Assembly (NCBI RefSeq): GCF_902500255.1
Contig: NC_047118.1
Span: 75,533,565-75,597,564 of the forward strand
Direction of reading: 5' to 3'
DNA length: 64,000 bases
Source of the DNA: Thalassophryne amazonica
Lineage: Eukaryota
A program made the position numbers and the translations under genes. Every line of letters begins with the position of its first letter. Position 1 is the first letter of the stretch. Under the pieces are notes generated by a model. The model saw nothing but the letters and a program-made list of their open reading frames with translations. It was not told where the DNA came from and searched no databases. Below, piece after piece: positions 23,398 to 36,063 of this stretch.

Positions 23398-23607
23398 CTT
23401 TCCCGTTTTGATGTCCCGGACATAAATGCCCTCGTTCTCATCCAGCGGGATTGCCTGCCGTTTCAGCAGCACCTCCACAGTAGCAGGAGGGACGTACTCG
23501 ATGGGACCGCGCAACATCCAGCGGTCTCCCGGGCGACGGACAATGCCGCCCGTTCGAGAGCGCTTTGCCCTGCCCGCCGTCTGTTCCTCTTCCTCTTCTT
23601 CCTCTTG
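23398..23607 (-). CDS. MVP: MVP coding exon 8 ([70 protein letters not shown])
   Basis: Acceptor tctctgccag|caagag, donor gggaaag|gtatttg. Matches …[53 protein letters not shown]. Confidence 0.88.
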
Positions 23608-24029
23608 CTGGCAGAGAGAATGGGAGAGAGAGGAGGAGGATGGAGAGAAGGGTTAATGTGGTGATGCACTGGAGGGATGGAGGAGAGGAGGAAGGAGTGA
23701 GGTGCTAAAAACAAGAACCAATAATGTCAAAAGAAAATGGTGAAAAGAGGAAAAAAAAAACAAAGTGCAGGTAGAGCGATAATGAGCGGGTGTAAGAACA
23801 GGGCGGGGTTTAAAGACAGGAATGAAGAGAAGAAGAGCAGAGTTAGATGGGTTAGCCGGGTTAGGAACGGCAGATGAAGCAGAGAAGGACAGAAGAACCT
23901 CATTCCTCAAAAAACAAAAAATATCTAAGACATCAGCCCACCCCCCCCCCAAAAAAAATATGACGTAAAGGCCACCAGAGAGCAGTGTTGCAGTGCATAA
24001 TAAACCTGAGAATTCTTGTTTATTGAAAT

Positions 24030-25151
24030 GTTTATCACCTCTTAACATCAGTGTTTGGCTGCACCCGTACGCGCAGAGACTGCACCTGTGCGCGCGGAAA
24101 ATCTTCCCGAAATGTAACTGTGGAATTGCTTCCTCATCAACAAAATTAGTCTATTTATGGCATCAGAGCAGTCACAAAACCTCACTTGCATAAAAAATGC
24201 ATTCACATGCAGATATTAACTGCACGCTCAAAGGTGTTGCGCGCGAGGACCACCCCTGCCCGCTCTAACTTGATTTCTGCTCGCGCGCAGAGAATTCCTG
24301 CTCACTCACTTGAAACTTATTGCACTATGGGGGAAGGAACCAGGTCAGCACTGGCTCTGCTGTGATTGGCCGTCTCTGTAGAGCGATGTTTGATTGACAG
24401 CCTTCTCTGACGCAGAAGTCGGTTGGAGATAACTGCATTAAGCGATTATCACCTCGTTTCTGCTTAAAACTTCACTCCAGTCATCATCTATCTCAGCGAC
24501 AGATCTCTGAAGCTTCTGTACAACAATCATTTCCACATAAATTCAGCTTTATTTCATAACAAATTACAGAAAGTCCTAAAAATCACCTCCTGACACTCGT
24601 CTGCAGACTGACTCTGTGCACCCAAACCGAATAATGTGATTATTAACCATCAGATGACAAATTAAAACCTCTTAAGTCACATGCAAACCATGACGCCACC
24701 ACCTCCCTGAAGGAGACAAGGTTGTCTCCTTAAAAATAAATAATGATTTATTCATGAATCAAATCCAAACAAAATTATTATTGTACAGAAGCTTCAGAGA
24801 TCTGTCGCTGAGACAGATGACTGGAGTGAAGTTTTAAGCAGAAATGAGGTGATAATCGCTTAATGCAGTTATCTCCAACCGACTTCTGCGTCAGAGAAGG
24901 CTGTCAATCAAACATCGCTCTACAGAGACGGCCAATCACAGCAGAGCCAGTGCAGACCTGGTTCCCTCCCCCATAGTGCCATAAATTTCAAGCGAGCAAG
25001 CAGAAATTCTCTGCGTGCGAGCAAAAATCAACTTAGATCGGGATAGGGGAGCGCTGGTCCTCACGTGCAGCACCTTTGCACATGCGCAGAGATAATTTGT
25101 GCACATGGAGTGATTATTTGCACGCACACAGTTAATATCTACGCGTGAACG

Positions 25152-25188
<37 letters not shown>

Positions 25189-25190
25189 CG
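24030..25190. repeat. Large palindromic (foldback) element of about 1.15 kb within MVP intron 7, with about 450-500-bp inverted arms around a unique 24540-24780 centre
   Basis: 24290-24530 is the near-exact reverse complement of 24780-24990 (…tgggggaaggaaccaggtc…ggccgtctctgtagagcgatgtttgattgacagccttctctgacgcagaagtcggttggagataactgcattaagcgattatcacctc…). The outer arms 24060-24290 and 24990-25140 are also inverted. It is followed by a T39 tract. Confidence 0.7.
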
Positions 25191-25356
25191 AGTTGGGTTT
25201 TGTCCCTGATCTGACGCCATACTAAGTAAGTCAAAAATACTTCAGGTTGGGGTAAAGGTTAGTTCAAACTTTGGCAGAGCGTGCACAGACTGCATGTACT
25301 GCAGCCAGACCCTTCTTCCCCCTGAGGGCTTTTTGGCCCCCTGCTGCTGGCCTCAC

Positions 25357-25482
25357 CTTCTCTGTGTCGACGAAGGTCTCCACAGCTCTCAGGACCAAAC
25401 CCTCATCCTCAGACAGCACGTACACGTCCTGGATGCCATGCTCCAGACACTCGCCTGGCTGCAGGAAGAATGAACGCTCACC
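25357..25482 (-). CDS. MVP: MVP coding exon 7 ([42 protein letters not shown])
   Basis: Acceptor tgtttcag|ggtgag, donor gagaag|gtgaggcc. Matches [41 protein letters not shown]. Confidence 0.9.
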
Positions 25483-25860
25483 CTGAAACAAGAAGGAACC
25501 AAAACAGAGAATGACTACAGAACAAGCTCAGGAGGCATGAGCCCAGAAACAGGTTTGGTTCCATTTCTAAGGTGCCTCTGGTTGTCCTGTTGAAGGTCAT
25601 GTGGAGAAGCTGGAACCAGCCTGGAGACAATCTGCTGGATCATATTTACCCTGAATAAAAGTTCATCTCAAAGTCTTGCACACCGATAGGAGCAAGCAGG
25701 ATTCAAACCCGACCCTTCAGCTGGATGGCAGCCGGCTTGACCCGCTGAGCTGACGTGGATAACGTCACATGACCAGAGATTTCAAATGGAAGTCATTTTT
25801 AAGGCTTGAAAAGCTTCATGAAAGTGAAAACAGCAGCAGCTTCCGTGAATAATTTCTCAC

Positions 25861-26097
25861 CTTCACCACCCGCTTCTGGCCCAGCTGCGGTTTTCCATCA
25901 GGTCCGACCGGGTCCAGGATCACACAGTACTGCCTGCTGCTCAGCGTCGTCACGTTCACCACGTCAACCACCTCCTCGGCCACAGATGGGATGTGGGCCT
26001 CCCTGTCGGCTATGGTGACAAGCCACTCCTCCCCCGTACGCCGATTCCGCCCACCGGCATCCTTGAAGGGTCGCAGAGCGCGAACATGCAGCGCTTT
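25861..26097 (-). CDS. MVP: MVP coding exon 6 ([79 protein letters not shown])
   Basis: Acceptor cctcag|aaagcg, donor gtgaag|gtgaga. Matches [80 protein letters not shown]. Confidence 0.9.
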
Positions 26098-26202
26098 CTG
26101 AGGACGCAGAGAAACTGGAATCACCGCAAAACGAAAATCTGCAGATCAAAACAACGCTGGAGTGGCAAAAACACGGAGCAGCGTCAGACAGGAAGGATTC
26201 AC

Positions 26203-26297
26203 CTTATCAGTCAGGATGAAAGCATTGACGATGTCAAGGACTTCCTCATGCGCGGCTGGAAGGTACGCCCCCACCTTCTTGACCAGCCACTCCTCAC
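26203..26297 (-). CDS. MVP: MVP coding exon 5 (G|[31 protein letters not shown])
   Basis: Acceptor ccttcag|gtgagg, donor gataag|gtgaatcc. Matches [31 protein letters not shown]. Confidence 0.88.
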
Positions 26298-26381
26298 CTG
26301 AAGGACACGCACAGACAGATGAACTTTAATCTGTGCTTCTAATGAGAAGAACGAGGGTGTTTTGGTTCGTGTTCGCGGTAC

Positions 26382-26513
26382 CGGTGACCCGGCGAACGAC
26401 ATCACGGCCCACGCCTTCTTTACGTGCCCTCAGCCTTATGGCCTGGTTCTCTGTGATCACAGTCGCCTTGATGGTCTCCAGCACTACCACCTCCTTCCTG
26501 GGTATGTAGGTCC
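26382..26513 (-). CDS. MVP: MVP coding exon 4 (G|[43 protein letters not shown]|G)
   Basis: Acceptor ctctggcag|ggacc, donor caccg|gtaccg. Matches [32 protein letters not shown]….RVTG. Confidence 0.88.
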
Positions 26514-26984
26514 CTGCCAGAGGTCAAAGGTTAAAATAAATTAAATTTACAGCATCTTCTGAAAGACTCGCTGCATTTGTACACACAGTGATTTCACATT
26601 AAAAATATCATCTGAAAATATGCCTCATCGGTCCTTTGGCCAATTTCAAACAAACGTGGCATCTAGATGAAGGTCAAACCTGGAACTACCCTTGAGTTTG
26701 TTTGAGCAAAGGTCAAGGTCACTGAGGTCAAGTTTAAGCACACTGGTTTTCAATCCAGTTCCAACCAAACCTGGCACACAGCAGTGGATTCCAGAACTGT
26801 TCTGGCAAAGTCAACCAAAGACCAATCATTCTGATGGTCAAGGCCTTTGAGGTCAAAGTTCAGATTTCTATGTACAGTTTAACAAGAAATTATCTCCTAA
26901 ACAAGAGGAGGATTGTTACAAACTGTTTTTTCTTGAAGTCTTGTGAAATATATGTTTCAAAAATAAATGAAACTTTCAAAAGTC

Positions 26985-27175
26985 CAGCTGATGTGGTTTC
27001 TGGTAAGGATGCCCCCCCGGTCGTCTCCAAATGGAGGTCTTCCAAGCATGTCCAACTGGGGACGAGGCCCCGGTGAAGACCCAGGAAATGCTCGAAGGGT
27101 TATATTTCCCAGTTGGTTTGGGAACATCTTGGGATCCCCCAGGAAGACCTAGAGGACTTGGCTGAGGATAGGGAA
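26985..27175 (+). repeat. LINE 3'-terminal fragment within an MVP intron
   Basis: …RMPPRSSPNGGLPSMSNWGRGPGEDPGNARRVIFPSWFGNILGSPRKT… belongs to the same conserved LINE C-terminal family as 47290-47775. Confidence 0.5.
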
Positions 27176-28011
27176 GTGTGAGATGAGCTGCTTAATTGCC
27201 ACAATGACCTGGAGAAGCAGCACAAAATGAGTAGTCCAGAAAATACAGGACTCCTTTTGTTCTGTCAAACCAAAACTAGAGACGTGAGGAAAAACCAAAC
27301 CTGGTCCAGTGAGAGTGTAAATACAGACCAGAATTTTTAAAAAATATAACCCACAAACACAAAAGGAGACATGTCAGGTTGTCCAGCATGACATTTACAG
27401 CAAAGAGTTTTTATTACTGCCCTAAGACAGTCTTTTAGGACTCTCTGCAGTTCCATATCAGACCATAATTTCATATGTAGAAATTATGGGGCTCTGTGGA
27501 GTTTCTATGACACTTCAGTTCCCTTAGAACCCTTTTTTGAATAACACTGCCATCTAGTGGGGGAGGGGTGAATTCTTCAGGAGACCTCACTTTGCCATCA
27601 TTACATTAATGAAGAATGCTATGCAAGGTCTGTCAGGGGCATTTTGTGATGTGCACTTTAAACATTGCAAACATAGTATCCAACACAGATTTTTCAAGAT
27701 ACAGGGAAATGTTTTAGTTTTCTTTTTAAAAAGGTGGACAAAACAGCTGTTTTTAATATTAATTTTCCAAAGCTCTTTTGATGCACATTGTCAGGAAAAG
27801 AGTCTTTCCTTTGAAGTATGTTATGCGGGAGAAGTATTTTGCATTATTTTGAAATTTAGTTTTAGATTTTAAATATTAATTTCGTACAAACTATAATGTG
27901 TACTTTGACATAACATTAGTGTATTTTTGGCCCATGACCCTCCACACAGATTCATTTTTGGCTCCTCATAGGAAAAAAAGTTGGGCACCTCAGGAAAGAA
28001 AAACTACATAC

Positions 28012-28132
28012 CAGGTCCTTCAAACAGCCACTCATCTCCAGCAACCCTCTTCTCTCCTTCCTCCTCAAAGTCCAGCAGAGCCTGGAGACGCAGCGCCGTG
28101 TCCGGATACACGATCTGCAGGGGCGTCACGTC
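28012..28132 (-). CDS. MVP: MVP coding exon 3 ([40 protein letters not shown]|G)
   Basis: Acceptor tgtgtctcag|gacgtg, donor cctg|gtatgtag. Matches …[42 protein letters not shown]. Confidence 0.9.
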
Positions 28133-29483
28133 CTGAGACACACAAACAGACTGGGCGGTAACCGACCGCGTCATGTCATCTGAACCCATTCCCTGAACCA
28201 CGATTGTTTTACAGCAAGAGGATTTACTTTCAAAAGCAGGTCCACTTCTCATTTCTGATCGACAAAACATACCCCAGTCTCCCATCAGAGGACCCAAGGC
28301 TCTCGATGTGAAATTCTGCCTGAAGAGGGGGTGGGCCGATGCATGAGCATGACCAATATCATGTACATCGGAATGGCAATTTAAATAAAATACAAACAAA
28401 AAAATATCACGACTAACTCACCTGATTGTGTCCATTTTTTCCTCCTTCATTAAGTGTATTCCATGTAATTTGATTTCAGGTGGTTTCTTCTAAAAAGGGA
28501 CCCCTGACAGGCAAATACAGTACAATCCAGTATTTTTGCAGTCAGCCATTTACCCCGTTAAAGTATTTACATTCTGGGCAGACAGACCAGAGAGAACCAG
28601 GCTGACCTGAAGCAAAGCCAGACTGGACTAAATAACCTCATGGAACAAACTAGAAAAGAACCAAAAACAGTGCATCCCTCAGTAAATTCTGATTATCAGT
28701 TTCCTCTGGTCTCCACAAAAACAAGGTGTCACCTGCAAAATCAGCATTTCCACATGATCTGCAAACAATATCTTTATTATTGATTCATCAGGCAGTTATT
28801 GTAATAACTCAGAATACTTTTGTCAAAATGGTTTTTTGTTTTGTTTTTGCCCAGTCACAACACAAATTAAATTAAGCATTTTAAAGATTGGGAATACAAG
28901 CACATTTCAAAAAAATCTTTTACGTTTTGAGGCAGATTCACAAAAAGGGATGGAGCCACTAAAAAGAGTGGAGCAATATTCTGACATTCTAACATGGAGT
29001 TACACACTGATTCATACTCATTTTTTAATTACTTTGTGGTAAATGCTGCAAGTAGTCATTTTCATACTCCTTTATGACTTCTGAAACAGACACAAATAAA
29101 CATTAAAAGACCCACAGATATCTTCATTTAAACAGTAGTTCAAATGCAAAGAGATTTAAATTACAAGTTATAAACAACAACAAAAAAAAAACGATATAGC
29201 AATAAACATTAAATGACTATAGTATTATCAGTGATGGTTTAAAAAAAGAGTGGAAACAACACCTAAAATTCAGCCATGTTAAAGGTGTAAATTTATACAG
29301 ACTGAATAACAGGGTTTTTTCCCCTGTATTTTTCCTCAAACATATTTTCAGTGAAGATATTCGTTGATCATTTTCAACACAGAGACAGCATTTTTGGTCA
29401 CGTGACCCGTCATGGCAGTGTTCTTCAGTGCCACAACAGAACGGAACCCCCCAAAGGTCAGAACACAATGAACTGCTACTAAC

Positions 29484-29679
29484 CTGCTGCATCTCCTCTC
29501 CTGGGTACAGGGGGAAGGGGTCCTGGGTCAAGCGAATCTCTAGGTCGGCGTGGCGAAGCTTAGCCTGACCGCACTGATCAAACAGGACCTGATCGTCGTC
29601 ATCACGGGCAACAGGGTTGATGATCACGCAGTAGTGTCGTGGAGGTACCATGATCATACGCACAGGCGCAAAGAGGACT
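29484..29679 (-). CDS. MVP: MVP coding exon 2 ([65 protein letters not shown])
   Basis: Acceptor ccaacag|a…, donor …cagcag|gttagt. Aligns to the MVP repeat domain (VLFAPMRMVTVPPRHYC…[22 protein letters not shown]). Confidence 0.9.
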
Positions 29680-30129
29680 CTGTTGGGGACAAGGAGGTGG
29701 ACACAGACCACCAAAAGATCAACATTTAATACTTAAGGAAACAGCGTATATTTATGAATTTAATCAATGTGCCAGTCAAAGGGACTCAAAATTGATAAAC
29801 TGTTGCCAAGTAGGCAAAAAATAAAAATATAATTCTGGTGTTCTTTAGAGGCTCTCGTGCAAAGCAAAAGTTACTACAACAACAACAGCCGCTTCGTGGT
29901 CACACGGAAAAAGGAAGATGAAATCATTAGGATAGTTTTTTTTTTCCCTCCTTCAGATGTGGGTATTGTTCACATGCTGCTGTAGATTTAACAAAACCAT
30001 TTTATTTTCACATTATGAACCAAATGTTTCTCACACTGAGGTTAATGAAATTGTGTTTCAACCTTTTTGGGTACTGCTACAAGTTCAGTAACCAAAGTGT
30101 CATAAGTCAGGTCAAGTTTGACAGCATGT

Positions 30130-30880
30130 GCTGATATCATGTGTTCCCACATCTACCACAGAGCTACCCAGGTTCTAGTTGGCAGCCATTCACAGTGCTT
30201 CACTTTTTACACATTTTGTTATGTTATAGCCTTACTCCAAAATGAAGAAAATTCATTATTTCCCCTCAAAATGCTACTCACAGAACCCCATAATGACAAC
30301 ATAAAAAGTTTTTTCCCTAAATTTATTAAAAATAAGAAATTTGAGAAATCACATTTATACATAAGTATTCACACCCTTTGCTCATACAGCCTCACGTCTT
30401 TTTGAATTTGATGCCACAAGCTTGGTGCACCTATATTTGGGCAGTTTTGTCCATTCCTCTTTGCAGCACCTCTCAAGTTCCATCAGGCTGGATGGGGAGC
30501 ACTGGTGCACAGACATTTTCAGATCTCTCCAGAGATTCAGGTCTGGACTCTGGCTGGGCTACTCAAGGACATTCACAGAGTTGTCCTGAAGCCACTCCTT
30601 TGATATCTTGGATGTGTGCTTAGAGTTATTGTCCTGGTGAAAGATGAACAGTTGTCCCAGTCGGAGGTCAAGAGTGCTCTGGAGCAGCAATGTACAGAAA
30701 CATCCAGGATGTTTCTGTACATTGCTGCATTCATCTTTCCCTCAATTCTGACTAGTTTCCAAGGTCACATCATTGACATCATCAGGAATGATCTTACTTT
30801 TCCCACCCAGCGCCATCGGGTAATAACACCTGTGATGAAGGACATCACAACATTGTGATACCTGGCGACGGGAAAAATGT
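30130..30880 (-). mobile_element. Tc1 family 'B' 3' portion (transposase C-terminus and terminal repeat), minus orientation, in MVP intron 1
   Basis: Reverse complement of 30130-30420 gives the classic Tc1 end (…gtgaatacttatgtataaatgtgatttctcaaatttcttatttttaataaatttagg…). ORFs 30378..30623 and 30616..30858 are the opposite-strand image of Tc1 transposase (…[10 protein letters not shown]… region). Confidence 0.7.
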
Positions 30881-30894
30881 AAATTGCATGTAAA

Positions 30895-32360
30895 TACAGT
30901 AGTGTTCAGAATAATAGTGCTATGTGACTAAAAAGATTAATCCAGGTTTTGAGTATATTTCTTATTGTTACATGAAAACAAGGTACCAGTAGATTCAGTA
31001 GATTCTCACAAATCCAACAAGACCAAGCATTCATGATATGCACACTCTTAAGGCTATGAAATTGGGCTATTAGTTTAAAAAAAAAAAAAAAAAAAAAAGT
31101 ACAAAAGGGGGTGTTCACAATAATAGTGTGGCATTCAGTCAGTGAGTTTGTCAATTTTGTGGAACAAACAGTTGTGAATCAGGTGTCCCCTATTTAAGGA
31201 TGAAGCCAGCACCTGTTGAACATGCTTTTCTCTTTGAAAGCCTGAGGAAAATGGGACGTTCAAGACATTGTTCAGAAGAACAGCGTAGTTTGATTAAAAA
31301 GTTGATTGGAGAGGGGAAAACTTATATGCAGGTGCAAAAAATTATAGGCTGTTCATCTACAATGATCTCCAGTGCTTTAAAATGGAAAAAAAAAAAAAAA
31401 AAAAAACAGACACATGGAAGAAAACAGAAAACAACCATCAAAATGGATACAAGAATCACCAGAATGGCAAAGGCTCACCCATTGATCAGCTCCAGGATGA
31501 TCAAAGACAGTCTGGAGTTACCTGTAAGTGCTGTAACAGTTAGAAGATGCCTGTGTGAAGCTAATTTATTTGCAAGAATCCCCCGCAAAGTCCCTCTGTT
31601 AAATAAAAGACGTGCAGAAGAGGTTACAATTTGCCAAAGAACACATCAATTGGCCTAAAGAGAAATGGAGGAATATTTTGTGGACTGATGAGAGTAAAAT
31701 TGTTCTTTTTGGGTCCAAGGGCCACAGACAGTTTGTGAGACGACCCCCCAAACTCTGAATTCAAGCCACAGTTCACAGTGAAGCATGGTGTTGCAAGCAT
31801 CATGATATGGGCATGTTTCTCCTACTATGGTGTTGGGCCTATATATCGCATACCATCATGGAACAGTTTGGATATGTCAAAATACTTGAAGAGGTCATGT
31901 TGCCTTATGCTTAAGAGGACATGCCCTTGAAATGGGTGTTTCAACAAGACAATGACCCCAAGCACACTAGTAACCAAGCAAAATCTTGGTTCCAAACCAA
32001 CAAAATGAATGCCTCGCAGATGTGCAGAAATCATGAAAAACTGTGGTTATACAACTAAATACTAGTTTAGTGATTCACAGGATTGCTAAAAAAAAGCAGT
32101 TTGAACTTAATAGTTTTGAGTTTGTAGCATCAACAGCAGATGCTACTATTATTGTGAACACCCCCTTTTCTACTTCTTTTTTTTTACTAATAGCCCAATT
32201 TCATAGCCTTATGAGTGTGCATATCATGAATGCTTGGTCTTGTTGGATTTGTGAGAATCTACTGGTACCTTGTTTCCTATGTAACAATAAGAAATATACT
32301 CAAAACCTGAATTAATCTTTTTAGTCACACAGCACTACTATTATTCTGAACACTACTGTA
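30895..32360 (+). mobile_element. Tc1/mariner family 'A' element, the most intact copy (ORF 31200..31658 transposase N-terminus; pseudogenised downstream)
   Basis: TIRs TACAGTAGTGTTCAGAATAATAG… / …CTGAACACTACTGTA. MKPAPVEHAFLFESLRKMGRSRHCSEEQRSLIKKLIGEGKTY…, then a poly-A run, frameshift and stops. Confidence 0.85.
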
Positions 32361-34224
32361 CATCATATATTTGTGCATGGAGAGTTTCATTGCACTCTCC
32401 TGTAGGATGTTATACCTATTGTTTTTAACTTTATCTGTTTGCACTGAAAGGAGAAGCTCTCTCCAGTTTCATTGTACATTTTGTTTAACGACAAAGGGAA
32501 TTCTATTCAATACTCTAACATTAATACATTTATTAATATCAAAGTAAACAATGACCGCAGCCATACTTCAAATTTAGCAGAACTTCGCTTATGTGCTGCA
32601 ATCTTTGCTCTCGCTTTGGATTACAGCATGTACCACCACTTCTCACACTCATCACTTGCGCGCAACTACCAGCATGGAGAGTAAACATACCAGTAAGCTA
32701 ATCAATATAACTAGTGTGTTGTCTGTGGGGATCCACAGGCTCTAGATTGGGTTGTGTTTATACAATAGGTAGCTGACATTTTTCAAGGGTGGTAATAAAT
32801 TATGCAAAGTTTCTATAATGAGTTGGAATGGGGTGTGAGTCCAGAATGATTTTAGAACCTTAGACCTCAATAGTGTTTAAAAGAATTCAACTGTCAATGT
32901 ATTTATAAATTGTTTAGGTTCTTATTAGCATATACACACTATTAATATCATTATTTTATTATTCAGTATTCCTATTATTATTTTAGGTTGTTATTAGCAT
33001 ATACACACTATTAATATTACCATTTTTATTATTCAGTATTCCTATTTGATTTTTAAATGGCCCACAATGGAAATAAGTGTTTTCATGTCATCCATGTATT
33101 TTTAAAGTATTTACAATTATATTATGTACTTACAATGAACTTACTAAATAAACTCACACACGCTTTTAATATAGATAAGCCGCATGTGAATGAGATATGT
33201 TCAAACATTTTCAAGCTGTGTGACGATTCATTTAAGCTTGCTGAGTTTCATCTCTATGACATTAAGGTATCCTCATGATTACACGTCTTAATACAGTTCA
33301 GGTTATATGATTGGTTGATTTTACTGTCCATTCATGAATAGAAGTGCAGACCCCATTTGTTTTTGTATTTCTTCTTCCCTTTCTGTGACAACCAATTACA
33401 GCTCTTAGAGGACTGCATCATACCTAGCAACGGGGTCAACCCCGCCTCCTCACAAAGATAGGAGTTTCTGTCCCCTCCTTGCTCAGAGCTGCTCTCAGAC
33501 ACCTCCTTGATCACTCCTAGGCTAAGATTCCTTGCCAGGAATTTTTAGGCTAAGTTAGGAGCTCTCAGAGGACTTTTAGGTGCGTCATGGATACAGGCCC
33601 TGGATCTTGGCCTTTATCCTCCAATTCCTCACTCAGCTTCTCGAGCGCTACAATCAGGGTCTCCACTGATTCTACAAAGATCAGAGAATCCTAAAAGTAC
33701 TATGTGAAGCAGTCAACTAAGCTACATTTTTCCTTTTTTGTTGTTTTAAGAATTTTTGTGGGCATGTAAGCCAGGTGCATTTGCGATATACAAAGCATTT
33801 TTAAAGTGCACATAGTTTGTATAAACGTAAACTAAATGGTTAATTTTACATGAAGAGCTCCCTCACTACCAAAATATCAAGTCCAGCTGTGCTGCTCTGG
33901 ATGCTTAAACCAGGATCTGGCAGATTTTTTGCAAAAGTCAAGGCACACAGCCACTGTAGGCCCAAGTTGTGGAGCAATCAGAGCTGAAGTAGGTGTCTCC
34001 ACTCACCAAGCTCCAGGTTTGTGGAGCTCAGCCAGTGCAGCCACTCCTGTAATAGCAGTGAAAAATCAGGACATTCCTGGCGCACACCACTATGAGCCAC
34101 CGCTGGTTTGGAGCTAAATGCCACAGTGCAGTTGAAAACTCCTCAGCACTGCAGCAGTCGCCACCCTCCAAAGTAAAGATTCTTTCTTTGATGTTTTCCA
34201 GAGATAAGGCTCCTTTATAACACA

Positions 34225-34610
34225 ATGAAAGGTGGCAGCAGCAGAGTTATTTCACAGTGTGCAGAAACAAGAACACTTACAGCTCATAGGGAAAGTATTC
34301 ACAGCATGTCACTTTTTCCCCATTTTGTTGTACAGCCTCATTTCAAAATGGATGAAATTATTTTTTCCTCAGAACTTGACAAACAATACCCCATAATGAC
34401 AATGTGAAAAAGTTTATTATTATAATTGCAAATTTATTAAAAAAAAACAAACAACAACAAAGAAATCAATGTACAGAAGTATTTACAGACATTGCCATGA
34501 AGCTCAAAATTGGGTGCAGGCACATCCTGCATGTCCAAGAACAAACCAAGCATGAAGTCAAAGGAATTGTCTGTAGACCTCTGAAACAGGATTGTCTTGA
34601 GTAGGGTTGA
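34225..34610 (+). mobile_element. Tc1 family 'B' 5' terminal fragment (terminal repeat, leader, first transposase codons …KHEVKGIVCRPLKQDC)
   Basis: Tc1 terminal repeat signature (…gaaagtattcacagcatgtcactttttccccattttgttgtacagcctcatttcaaaatggatgaaattatttttt…ccccataatgacaatgtgaaaaag…). Confidence 0.65.
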
Positions 34611-34699
34611 GCTGGATACTCATTTTAGATGAGTATCCGGTACGGGGGAAAGCATTTTCTGACGAGCACAATCTGAATGAAACTCAGTATCTGTGCTCG

Positions 34700-34794
34700 T
34701 GGTGAAGAAAAATTCTCATTGGCTAACTGACTGTCTTCACGCTCTGTGATTGGCCAGTCTCACAGAGCGACCACCCCTCCCGACAGACACGTCT

Positions 34795-34857
<63 letters not shown>

Positions 34858-34860
34858 TCT
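34700..34860. repeat. Two CCAAT-box motifs (…tcattggctaactgactgtcttcacgctctgtgattggccagtc…) followed by an (AC)30 microsatellite
   Basis: ATTGG ×2 at about 34719 and 34750; acacac run 34797-34856. Lies in MVP intron 1; any regulatory role is speculative. Confidence 0.4.
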
Positions 34861-36063
34861 CTCTCTGTGCTTGGCTGGATTCTGCCTCACGTTGCTCTGT
34901 TAGTACTCTTTAAAAGTTTTCTTCAGCTCGCCTCGTTTTCGGTTTGTCTGATATTTAAAGTTACTTGAACTTGTTTCGTATCATACGCGGTGCTTTTGAC
35001 AAGACAGAGCTGAAAATGGCTCCTGTCGGTCACTGCTTCCACTCCAGTCGGGTTTTTTATTTATTAACCGTTTGTTTGCTCTTCGTTTTGTTGGTGATAT
35101 AAAATCAGTTGAAAAACTTTGCTCGTACTGAATGCGGTGCTTTTGAGAAGAATACAGTGAACAAGGCTGACATATTTCCTTGTTTGCCATCACTGGATGT
35201 TTGCATGAATCACCAAGTTCGCACAGATCATTAAAAAATAAACAGTCTTACAGACCACTTACACACATGTAGCTGAACACACAAAGTAGCCTATATTAAC
35301 ATTTTTATTGAATATGGCTGCATGCAGTATCTGACACTTTCTCACTGCAGTTCATAAAAATAAATTGGTCAGTTGAACAACCTCTCTCCCTCTCACACAG
35401 TCACACACAGACAGTGATGCACACACACCTTAATCAATATTGTTTAACTCTGTCTGGAAAAAATGGCAAGAATGTTAGGTAGTAAAAATAAATCAATAAT
35501 TGAAAAAAATAAAATAAAATCACAGTTTGATCATAAAATTAAAAAAAAAAGTTGTGTAGTTAGTAGTTCATAATTTCATAATTTCCTACTACACTGAATG
35601 TCAATTCTGAGGCTGTTCTGTTATTCATTCATACACTTAATATTCATGTTCTGACTTTATAAAAAAAAAACTTGTTCTGTAAAATAGTTTCTTTACTATT
35701 GTTATCAAAAACATTGACTCTCAATTCTGAGGCTGTTCTGTAAATATTCATTCATACACTTAAGAATACTCATGTTCTGAGTTCATAAAAAAAACAAACC
35801 TGTTCTGCAAATAATTACGTTTGTGATCAAAAACTGACTTGAATCTCAATTTTGAGGCTGTTCTGTCAATAGTTTCAAATAAACAATAAATATAGCAACT
35901 TCTGATCAATCCATATCAATTTTAGACTTAAAATAATGCACTGATTTAAGCCCCAGCCATTTTGGGTTAAACCACACCCACTTCACGCTTAGGCCCTGCC
36001 CACTACGAGTACAGATAATTTAGATGGTTGAACAGATACAAATAGTGGTGTACTCGCTCATCC

